Shown: positions 35,501 to 45,800 of the stretch, in pieces
How the letters are laid out: every line of letters begins with the position of its first letter
How positions within the stretch are numbered: the stretch's first letter is position 1
Translations under genes and position numbers: made by a program
Notes under the pieces: model-generated
Database searches by the model: none
The model's input: only the letters and a program-made list of their open reading frames with translations
What the model was told of the DNA's origin: nothing
Source of the DNA: Anaeramoeba ignava BMAN
Taxonomy: Eukaryota; Protista; Anaeramoebae
Reading direction: 5' to 3'
DNA: 64,000 nucleotides
Assembly (NCBI GenBank): GCA_028826165.1
Contig: JAPDFW010000087.1
Location: forward strand, 1 to 64,000

Positions 35501-38500
35501 TTCATACAGTTTTCATCTTTTCTTCACTTTCAGAAAACTCTAAGATATTGGAATAAGTTGAAGAAGGTCCAGAAATTGTTCTGAAAGTAAATATTTCTGA
35601 CCATAAACTGAAACCAACTTTATTTTGAGCTCTGATCCTGAGATTATATTCTTTTGAAGGCTTTAAATTTGTTAATAAAATTGAGTTTTGAGATGTTTGG
35701 AAATTTTCCGAATAAGAATATTGTTGAGAAGAAACCTCAATTTCATAAAAATCAATTAAAGAACCATTGAAAGAAGGTTCTTTCCATTCAATAACAGCTT
35801 GAATCGAATCAATTCGTGAACAATAAATTTGAGAAAGTGGAATTTTTTCAGGAGAAGAAATTGAAATTGTTGAAAATTCTTCCCATTCAATCCAATTTGT
35901 CCAATAAATAGAATTATAACAGCAACCACGGACTTTATATTTTGATTGGGGAAGTAAATTATTGAAGATTGCTCCTTCTTCAAATGAACAAAGTGTTTCT
36001 TGAATCGAAACATTTTGTGAGTGAGTTAGTTGTAATGCAAATTGAATTTTCCCAAGTGATTTATGAATTTGACTATAAGAATCAAGAATGTGAATGCGGT
36101 CTCCAGAAACAAGAGAAACTTTGATAACCAATGATGTTGGTCTGGAGATGCACGAGAGCTTTAGGGAAAGAACTGTGTAATCAACTATAAAAAATGGAAT
36201 AACCGAAAAAGAATTTGGAAACTCAATCAAATCGGAATCAGCTTTCTCTCCTCTTGATGAAGGATAAAGTTGCTCAGCAGAATAAATCCATGGAGAATTC
36301 TTTTTCAATAGTTTTTGACGCATTGCAATTTTCTCATTTTTACTTGTCAAAAGTGTATAATTTGAATCAAAACCAGGAATAAATTTGCCATGCTCCGCTT
36401 TCGTTTGCGGAAATGGAACCCCTATCATCCCCTTGCAGCACATCAACCTATTATTGGGTAAATCAATGCTTGTAGTTTGATTATCTTTTTTCTGTGGTTG
36501 TTGGGTTAAAATGTTTGGATTTGTTTGCATATTGGAAAGTGAATAAAACCTGCTTCCTGTACCAAGCATTTGAGAAAATAATGGTGCTGCTCGTTGAAAC
36601 CCTTGCGCACAAATCTCATGAATCTCGTTATGTGAGACAGGTCGCCAGCACAGTATCTCATGTTCGTTGTGTGTTTCCAAAAAATCTTCAGTTGATTTTC
36701 TCAAATAATCAAGATAGGATTTCCCAAGAGAGTTGGATTTGATTCGAGGAAGACTTTGATTTGTGTTTGTGCTCTGATTCATCTCACTTGGATCTTTCAT
36801 GTTTATTGGATGTTTAATTTCCTCGATTTGCGCATTTCCTGATGACAATCTACTGCAAATTTCAACATATTTTTCAAGAATATTTGTAGGTTCATTGTAT
36901 TTTTGTCTCAATAACTTTCTGTGTTTGTTATAACTCCGTTCCAAATAGCGGTTCAAGACTAAAGAGACCTTTGTTACTCGGAAAACAAGCGGGGTTGCTC
37001 CAATAAACTCAAGAAATTTGCGTTCTGCTCGAAGAAAAAATTCCGATCCCAAATCATAACTTTCAATCCCTTCAAAATGACTATCGCTTAATAAATGTGC
37101 AAATCCAAAATTAAGGCGTTGGTCGTTGATGAGATTTTTCAGGAGCTGATAATCGCCGAGTGGACGATGGATATGGACAAGCATACCAACAACTGTGTTA
37201 CTTTCATTTGCAACAATTGGGCTCACGTTTTCATTGGAAACAGAATATAAGATTTGGGAATGATTCCAGTGAAAACAGTCGTATGATAATTCCCATAGCT
37301 TTCGAAGTATCAGATCCATTGTCAGATACTCTTTTCCTTCTAAACTGTATGCATTCTCGCATTTATTAACCAAATCACTTATTTTTTCTCTTATTTTTGG
37401 ACTCATTTTTTCTTCATCTGAAAAGTCTCCAAAAAAGGATTCAGCCAATTTCCCAAAGGCATATATATCTTTTGGAATCTGGTCTATTGGTGGATTCAAG
37501 GAATTTGCAATTCCAATCATTTCCAATCCATTGGGCGGAATATTATCCCATTGTTTGTCTCCAAAAAAATTTATTCTAAACTCATTTTCAGGATTTACCC
37601 CAATCATTGTCTTGTGCAGATTTCCATGAACAATTCCCTTGCGGTGGAGATATAATAATCCTTGGGCAATCTGCACTAACGCATGTATTTTATATTCGAC
37701 ACTTTTTTTTTTCAAAAATTCAATTTCAAGTTTATTCTCAAAATTCTCAGTCACAACCCAGATTGTTGACTCATTAGAAAGATACCCAATCATTGGGATA
37801 ATGTTCGGATGAGAAATCCCAGATAAATTCGAAATGCGCCTCTTTAGTTCCATGTGGATATGCGGGAGAAGATTGGAACATTTTGTAACAATCACAATTT
37901 GATCTCCAAATTTTGCTTTCCAAGAAATCATTTTGATTGAAAAATTCTTTATGAAGAAATCACTCGATTTTTTTTCCACATCTGAATTGGATTGCTGCGG
38001 AAAAACTGTGGGATCTTCATTTTCAAAAACGGGAAATTTGGGGTCTTCTTGCTCACTTGATTGATCAATAAGATCTTCTTCTGAAAAATTTGGAATTTGA
38101 GGTAATTTTGTAATTTCGAAATTTGAATCAGCAAAAACAGGAAGAATAAAAGTTTTCCAAACTCCTTCAGAAGAAACAAAGAGAAAAAGTCTTCCAGGAG
38201 TTATTGGAGTGAAAGATATTGCAAAACTTCCGTCTTTGTTGTCAGTGATATTTGAACTAATTGTATGAAAATTTTCACATTTGATAACAACTTGCATTTT
38301 TTGACCTCCCATTTTAATCTTATTTCCATGTTCATCAAATAACTGAAGGATAACTGTGGAATTTTTGCCTGAGAGTAACGGACTTGAAGGATCTATTCCG
38401 TTTCCATGGAGAATACACTTTGAAAGACAGATTTTTCCTGAAAAAACGTGGAAAACAAAAGGCTCAGTATTTCCTGTTAAAAGATTAACAAATTTACGAG

Positions 38501-40868
38501 AATGAGATTTTTTGGATCGTGGTTGATTTGGACTTTCTCTTCTGCGAGCTTCAGCCAAACTGTACATGCAGAAAGCCCTGTATATTCCTACTGTTTTGGG
38601 TTTAAAAGTGAATGTGTAAGTTCCGTCAAGATTATCTGTGATTTCACCGTTATAAGGAGTTTCTTGCTTTTCTTGATCCTCAGAGGCTTCTTTGCACCGC
38701 AACATAAACGAGAACAGATTTGCACAACCTCCGTTATAGAGTCGCGCTCCTGTGCTGTCGAATGTTTCGATGATGAAACGCAAAGGCTCACCAGAGAAGA
38801 ATTGGGTTTTCTCAGAAATTTTTGCCAAGTCTTTGATCTGTGTTTTGGAGAAATCGGGCAGTCTGAAAGTGTGGACCTCACTCCATTCACTGTATCCTAT
38901 TGAGTTTCTTGAGCGGACGGATATGTAGTATGTTGTTGATTTTGGGGAAACATTCTTGATTCTAATTTGGCATTCTTTTGAGAAAAAAATATTTGGATCA
39001 TAAGGTTCAATTTTGATTTCATATTCTATCACTGATGTTAGAGGATTGGAGGGTTTTGGGGAAGGTGTTTGCATAAGATTTGTTTCTCGCATGCTTTGTG
39101 TATGCATGTTAGAAAGCGTCTGCACAGATCTTAGTTTGGGTGTTCCTTTTTGTTGTGAGACTGAAGATGAGCGGAAAAGTGAATTGAAGAATCCGGACTT
39201 ATTTGATTGGGCTTGTTTGAGAGGTGCGGACTCCCAGCTCACAGAGATCTCATGTTTATTGATCGCGTTGAGGATGATTTGAGGGATTTTTTTTGGAGGA
39301 AATGCGCCCTTTGATGCGTTTCTGAGGAGCTTGATTGCACCTGTTTTTTTGGCTTTTTTTGCAACACTAAGTGGAGTTGCTCCCATTATTTTCTTCTTTT
39401 TCGCCTTTGGGTTGGCGTTGTGGAGAAGAAGAAGCGAGACAATTTCGATGTTCCCTATTTCTGCAGCGATATGCAAAGGAGTCGTGTCGTTTTCCTTTAT
39501 GTCAACAACAACACCCATTCTCAATAGAAATCTTAATCCATCTACATTTGATTTGTTCACACACTCCCAAAGCAAGCTTCTTGGATCGTATTGTGTTTGT
39601 AGTCTTTCTGCTATTTTTTGCATTTCGGGGCACTTCTTCATCTCAATCTCAAGCGATGTTGAAATTCGTATTTGTTTTTGAAGATATTTCGAAATTTTGT
39701 CGAAACTCCATCTTTTCAGTGGATCATTTTCCCAGCAAACCTGGATAAGAACAAGTAAGTTTTTACTGATAAGATTTGTGTAATTTTTCGGATCAAAAGG
39801 AGGCTTGAATTTTTCATGGACAATCTTATTGAAAAGGTTATTTGTCATTGCACCAAACTCACTGAAAGGAATTCGACGAGTCAAGACATAATATGCAAGA
39901 AATCCGAAGCTGTAGATATCGTTTGTGGGGGATTTGCTCCCAGAAATAAATGCCTCAGGAGCATCCACAATGGCATCCAAAAAATTTGAATTTTCCCGAA
40001 AAGCGGTTTGAATTGAGGACAAATTTTCGCTTAGATTCTGAATTTGAGAAGATTTCTGCAAAACATTCATCATATTACTTTTGGCTTCTGCGAAAATCAA
40101 TGGAATCACTTTCACACTCAAGTGAGAATCGATTAAAACATGATCTGCACTGAGTTTGTGATGTTGTAAACCAATCTTATAAAGAAATTCCATTCCTTGA
40201 GAAATTTGCAGAAGAATCAAAAGAACATTTCGTTCTGTTAATTTTTCAGGGAATTTGGATACGAAATGGCTCAGCGAAATGGAGTCTGGAAAATACTCGA
40301 CAATCAAAGAAAGAGGCGACTTGGTGAATCCGTAAAATCGAAGCACATTTGGATGTGAATAACTAGATGTAAGAAGCGTAATTTCATGAAGAGACAATCG
40401 ATCCAAACCGCTTTGTGTTTTTAAAGTGTGAATGGCGATCCTCTTTGAGTTGTAAACCCCTTCGAAAACAGAAAGATTTGGCGACTCAAAAAGTTGTTTT
40501 CCAAACTGAATTTTTTCTGATTGAATTTCAAAAGGAACAATCACATGATTCCAAAACGAATTGATTTGCGAATTTTCCACAAATTTATTGTACTCAGTAA
40601 TGACCTGATTCAACTCAGAAATTATCTCAGGAATAACTGTTTCTTGGGTGATTGTGTAAATTTCATTTTGGAAAGATTGAATAAATTGACAACTCATAAA
40701 AATATAATAAAGAATTCCTTTATTTTTTGATAAAACAAATGATTTTCTTAATTCATGGATTTTATGTGATTTACTATTTAGTTCTTCTTTTTCTGAGAGT
40801 TTTTTTATTGTTAAGATGATTTCTGAAATTAAATTTTTATCTGATTCTGTTGATATTGTAAATGACAT
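32563..40868 (-). CDS. Giant ~2650-aa protein: 2 pseudokinases + 1 TKL-type kinase, ankyrin, 3 FN3, 4 filamin-type Ig repeats, 2 PARP-type ADP-ribosyltransferase domains; exons 40868-35508, 35257-34362, 34258-32563
   Basis: Introns GTATGA(35507)...CAG(35258), phase 0, and GTATAA(34361)...CAG(34259), phase 2, join three ORFs in frame; spliced CDS is 7953 nt. Kinase motifs VAIK/HLDLKPSN/DFG/APE. PARP motifs FHGT/YFGKAIYL/DEIGIF...ILPRFLVEY. Confidence 0.85.
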
Positions 40869-40880
40869 TTTAAAAAGCAA

Positions 40881-40926
40881 AATGAAAAAAAATGAAAAAA
40901 ATGAAAAAATGAAAAAAATGAAAAAA
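40881..40926 (-). promoter_or_regulatory. Cluster of TTTCATTTT initiator-like motifs upstream of the giant gene
   Basis: Five TCATTT copies on the sense strand within 60 bp of the ATG; the same motif precedes most ATGs in the window. Confidence 0.45.
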
Positions 40927-41020
40927 TATTTTTTCCGATTTATTTTATTTTTTTTTTTGAAAGAAGAAGGAAATATTTTTGAAAAGAAAAGAAAAAAATA
41001 AAAGTTTTTGGTGTTTTTGA

Positions 41021-42640
41021 TTAAAAAAATTTGTGTATAATTCCGGAAATAAATCGGATAAATTGAGTATAAACTGGAATCAAAACATCATTTTTCAAAG
41101 TAATAAAAATTCCTAAAAAGGAGATCCAAATTTTGTGAAAAGTTTTGAGAACAGGAGAAATAATTTTATCAATCAAAACGTATTTCACTAATTTAACAAT
41201 TGAAATGATTTTTTTGATGAAAAGTTTAAAAACAAACAAAGTTGGATTCCAAACACGATTTTTAACAAAAATTGCGAATCCTTTGATAGCTTTCCAAACA
41301 GGATAAACGACGTGAAAATAGACAGTTTTTGGAATGTAAAGAAGGATGAACGAAGAGAATCTTTTTGAGCGGAAAAATATTTTGCTTGCGAAAATGGAAA
41401 AAATTTTAAACGAAATTAAAATGATATTGTTATGCACAAATTTGGGGATTTTGACAACAAAAATTTTTGAGTATCGCTTGGAAAAAGAAAGAACTGGCCG
41501 AAGAAAACGGCGATAAAAAAACTTGGGGATTTTGATAAAAAGGAACTTCAGATAGAACTTGATCTGGAACTTGTATTTTCGATAGACTTTTCTGTAGAAA
41601 AAAGAAGGTATTTTGACAAAAATAAACAGAAAAGCAATTTTTGACTTGCGATAAACAGGAAGGATAAGTTTTCTGTAGACAAACAAGGGGAACTTTACGA
41701 AAAGAGCGTTTTTGATGATTCGGAGAAGGCGTATTCTGGGGTTTACAATTGCGTCGTAAATGAGGAACGGGAGTTTAAACACGAAAAATCTGAAAATTTT
41801 CCGAACTCTTTTGATTGTATAAATTATGAATTGTTTGTAAATAAACTTGGGAATTTTCAACATGAAAAAACGGTAAATTAGGGAAAGTAACGGAACAATA
41901 TAACGGACTAATAAACGATATAATTTGACTGGAATTTCCACAAATAAATATTTGAAAAATTTCCGAATTCGTTTGAAAGAGTCGCTCAGCCATTTGTCAT
42001 ACATTTGAAGAGGGAAATCCCAGAGGATGAAGATGACCCATTCGTAGACGAAATTTGCAGAAGGAATGATAATCCGTCGCCAACAAAAAACAGGTAATTT
42101 GACAGACAAAAATTTGACTGTTCTGACCAAGTTGTAAACAATAGGATCAACAAAAGTACGATAAATGTATTTCGGAAAGTATAATATGATATATTTGAAA
42201 AGCAATATCAGAACTTTTCGGATTCTTCCGCCGAAAAGAAAGTTGATTTTTGAGTAGATTTTCATGGCAATTGCGACAATAGGCAAAATTAACTTGGATT
42301 TGATAAAAGAATATAAATTGAAAATTTTTTCTAAAATTCTATCTAAATTGCGAGAAAAAAAGCCCACAATTGACCAGAAACCATAGATAATGATGTTCTT
42401 GATAAAGATGAAAAGCTTAATTATGACTTTTTTGATCAGAAATTTGAGAATTTTTGGGGAATAATAAATCAAAATGACTGGTGAAAAAATAATTGCAATT
42501 AAAACAAAAAATATCTTTTTAAATATGTTCATATTATTCCAATCAAATTGTTTTTGTGAAATGATGTTTTTGATTTCATTTGAATTGTTTGTTTTTTCTG
42601 AACTACGTGTTCTTAATTTAGAATCATTTAATTCATTCAT
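41021..42640 (-). CDS. Unknown basic/hydrophobic protein with about 10 tandem 27-aa amphipathic repeats
   Basis: 539-aa intronless ORF with ATG in typical A-rich context and non-repetitive DNA; N-terminal hydrophobic segment IFFVLIAIIFSPVILIYY. Confidence 0.75.
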   Translation of the reverse strand: MNELNDSKLRTRSSEKTNNSNEIKNIISQKQFDWNNMNIFKKIFFVLIAIIFSPVILIYYSPKILKFLIKKVIIKLFIFIKNIIIYGFWSIVGFFSRNLDRILEKIFNLYSFIKSKLILPIVAIAMKIYSKINFLFGGRIRKVLILLFKYIILYFPKYIYRTFVDPIVYNLVRTVKFLSVKLPVFCWRRIIIPSANFVYEWVIFILWDFPLQMYDKWLSDSFKRIRKFFKYLFVEIPVKLYRLLVRYIVPLLSLIYRFFMLKIPKFIYKQFIIYTIKRVRKIFRFFVFKLPFLIYDAIVNPRIRLLRIIKNALFVKFPLFVYRKLILPVYRKSKIAFLFIFVKIPSFFYRKVYRKYKFQIKFYLKFLFIKIPKFFYRRFLRPVLSFSKRYSKIFVVKIPKFVHNNIILISFKIFSIFASKIFFRSKRFSSFILLYIPKTVYFHVVYPVWKAIKGFAIFVKNRVWNPTLFVFKLFIKKIISIVKLVKYVLIDKIISPVLKTFHKIWISFLGIFITLKNDVLIPVYTQFIRFISGIIHKFF

Positions 42641-42844
42641 AATTAAAAAGAAGAAAAAAATGAAAAAAAAAAAAATAAAAAAATTTATATTTAAAGCAAA
42701 AAAAAAACGAAAAAAAAGAAGAAAATTTTTTTTTCATTTTTTTTTTTCAATTAAAATTAAAATTAAAATCAAAATCAAAATCAAAATTAAAATCAAAATC
42801 AAAATCAAAATACAAATCAAATCAAAATCAAAATACAAATTAAA

Positions 42845-45800
42845 ATGTCAGCTATTTTCCTTTTAACAATTACATTTCCTTATCAACAAACTATTGAAAC
42901 AATGAAATTTAGTCCTTTAGCTCAAATTAAGGATGTTATTTCTTATATTTGTAAAAGTAAAGAACTTAATGATTCAAGTTCTTATGGTTTATTTTGTCCA
43001 TCAAAAAATGGATTTTGGTTAAAAGAAGAAGAAACTTTAATGACTTATCAACTTTGGAAAGAAGTTCGTACTTTTTTTTTAAATGAATTAATTGATTAAA
43101 AAATTTTTCAAAAAGATTTAAAATTAAAAATTTAAATTAAAATTATATTTATATTTATATTTAATAGCGTGTAATTGAATTTAAAACAAAATTAACAAAA
43201 CATTTAAAAGTTATTTTCAAAGGAGATCCTTATATCATTTCCATTGATGAAAGAGCAACAATTAGCCAACAAATGGCACTAATTTGTCGTCAAATGGGAA
43301 TTGATTTAGAAACAAGATATTTAGTAACATTTAATAATGGTAATTTTGAATTGAAAAAAAAATAATTTTTTAAATCAAAAATAATCTAATTGTAAAAATA
43401 AAAATAAAAATAAAAAACAAAAATAAATCTTTTTTAGAAATTATAAATAAAGGAAAATCTTTTTTGGAAAATAAAATTCAAGGTGAAAATGTTTATATTG
43501 TTTTGAAAAAGATCCAACAGATTTTTCTATTCCAAAAAAAATTATTAGAAAGAAAAAAAAAGTAATAAAATATAAAATAATTTTTTTATATTTTTTCTTT
43601 TAAAATTTATTATAATTTTTTTTAAGTCTTTAAAAAATTTTAAACCAAAAAAAGAACCTCAACCAATTTTTGGAAAACCAATTATAAATGCATTAAATAG
43701 AGGAGATAAAGAATTAAAAATATCAGTTTTAATTTCTAAAACAGTTAAATATATAGAAGAACATGGTAAAAATTCAAAATTAAAAATTCAAAATTAAAAA
43801 TTCAAAATTAAAAATTCAAAATTAAAAATTCAAAATTAAAAATTCAAAATTAAAAATTCAAAATTAAAAATTCAAAATTAAAAATTCAAAATTAAAAATT
43901 CAAAATTAAAAATTCAAAATTAAAAATTCAAAATAGGAATTGAAGTTTCTGGAATTTATAGAGAATCAGGACGTAGTACAAATATTCAAAAACTAAAATC
44001 ATTATTTGATGAATGTATCAAAATATCCAAAATATTTAAAATAAATATTTAAAATAAATATTTAAAATAAATATCTAAAATAAATATTTAAAATAAATAT
44101 CTAAAATAAATATTTAAAATATTTAAAATAAATATCCAAAATAAATATTTAAAATAAATATCCAAAATAAATATTTAAAATATTTAAAATAAATATTTAA
44201 AATAAATATCCAAAATAAATATTTAAAATATCCAAAATAAATATTTAAAATATTTAAAATAAATATCCAAAATAAATATTTAAAATAAATATCCAAAATA
44301 AATATTTAAAATATTTAAAATAAATATCCAAAATAAATATCCAAAATAAATATCCAAAATAAATATCTAAAATATCCAAAATAAATATTTAAAAATAAAT
44401 ATTTAAAATAAATATCCAAAATAAATATTTAAAATAAATATTTAAAATAAATATTTAAAATAAATATCTAAAATAAATATCCAAAATAAATATCCAAAAT
44501 AAATATTTAAAATAAATATTTAAAATATATATCCAAAATAAATATCCAAAATAAATATTTAAAATAAATATCCAAAATATATATTCAAAATAAATATCCA
44601 AAATAAATATTTAAAAATAAATATCCAATATATCCAAAATAAATATCCAAAATATTTAAAATAAATATCCAAAATAAATATTTAAAATAAATATTTAAAA
44701 CAAATATTTCAAAATAAATATCCAAAATAAATATCCAAAATAAATATTTAAAATAAATATTTAAAATAAATATTTAAATTCTTTAAAAATTAAAAAAGCT
44801 GATGATGTTAATATAGAAGAATTTATTAATTCTCCTCATGATGCATCTGGATTATTAAAATCATATCTTCGTGAACTTCCTGATCCATTATTAACTTATG
44901 AATTTTTTGATAAACTAAAAGAAGTTTCTGGTAAATTTAAATTTAAATCAAATCTAAAAAAAATAATATTTTTAATAATATTTTTATTAGAAATTGAAGA
45001 TAAAAAAGAAAAAATGGAAAGATTAAAATGGATTTTACAAAGTCTTCCAACAGAAAATTTTGAATTATGCAAAGTTTTATTTGAACATCTTCATAAAATT
45101 TCTCAATATGAAAAAGTAAATAGAATGGGAGTTTCTAATCTTTCAGTAATAATGGGTCCTAATATTCTCAAAAAAGATGATTCAGAACAGTCAGCAGTTT
45201 TACATACAAGTTTACAATATACAATTTCTAATTTATTAATATCTGAATATGATTATTTATTCTTTGTAATTAAACTTCAAGCAAATATTTTAAATATTTG
45301 ATTTAATTTTAATTTAATTTTGATTTAAATTTGATTAAATTTTGATTTAATTTTAATTTAATTTTGATTTAATTTTAATTTAAATTTGATTTAAATTTGA
45401 TTTAATTTTAATTTAATTTTGATTTAATTTTGATTTAAATTTGATTTTAATTTTGATTTAATTTTGATTTAATTTTAATTTAATTTTGATTTAATTTTAA
45501 TTTAATTTTGATTTAATTTTGATTTAATTTTGATTTAATTTTGATTTAATTTTAATTTAATTTTGATTTAATTTTGATTTAATTTTGATTTAATTTTGAT
45601 TTAATTTTGATTTAATTTTGATTTAATTTTGATTTAATTTTTGATTTAAATTTTGATTTAATTTTGATTTAATTTTGATTTAATTTTGATTTCAAATTTG
45701 ATTTAATTTTGATTTAATTTTTAATTTAATTTTGATTTAATTTTAATTTAATTTTGATTTAATTTTGATTTAATTTTGATTTAATTTTAATTTTAATTTA

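Noticed and set aside
32563-40868. Intein or Hint-domain insertion in the large proteins
   Set aside because: No C/S...HN-C/S/T splice motifs or LAGLIDADG blocks were recognised; the length is accounted for by other domains
36494-41001. Plus-strand ORFs antisense to the giant gene
   Set aside because: Short, no recognisable motifs, and expected as shadows of a GC-richer coding strand
35500-42500. Horizontally acquired island, because GC is visibly higher than in the flanks
   Set aside because: Importin-9 shows a similar GC rise within its long exon, and the giant gene has host-type introns, NQ tracts and upstream motif
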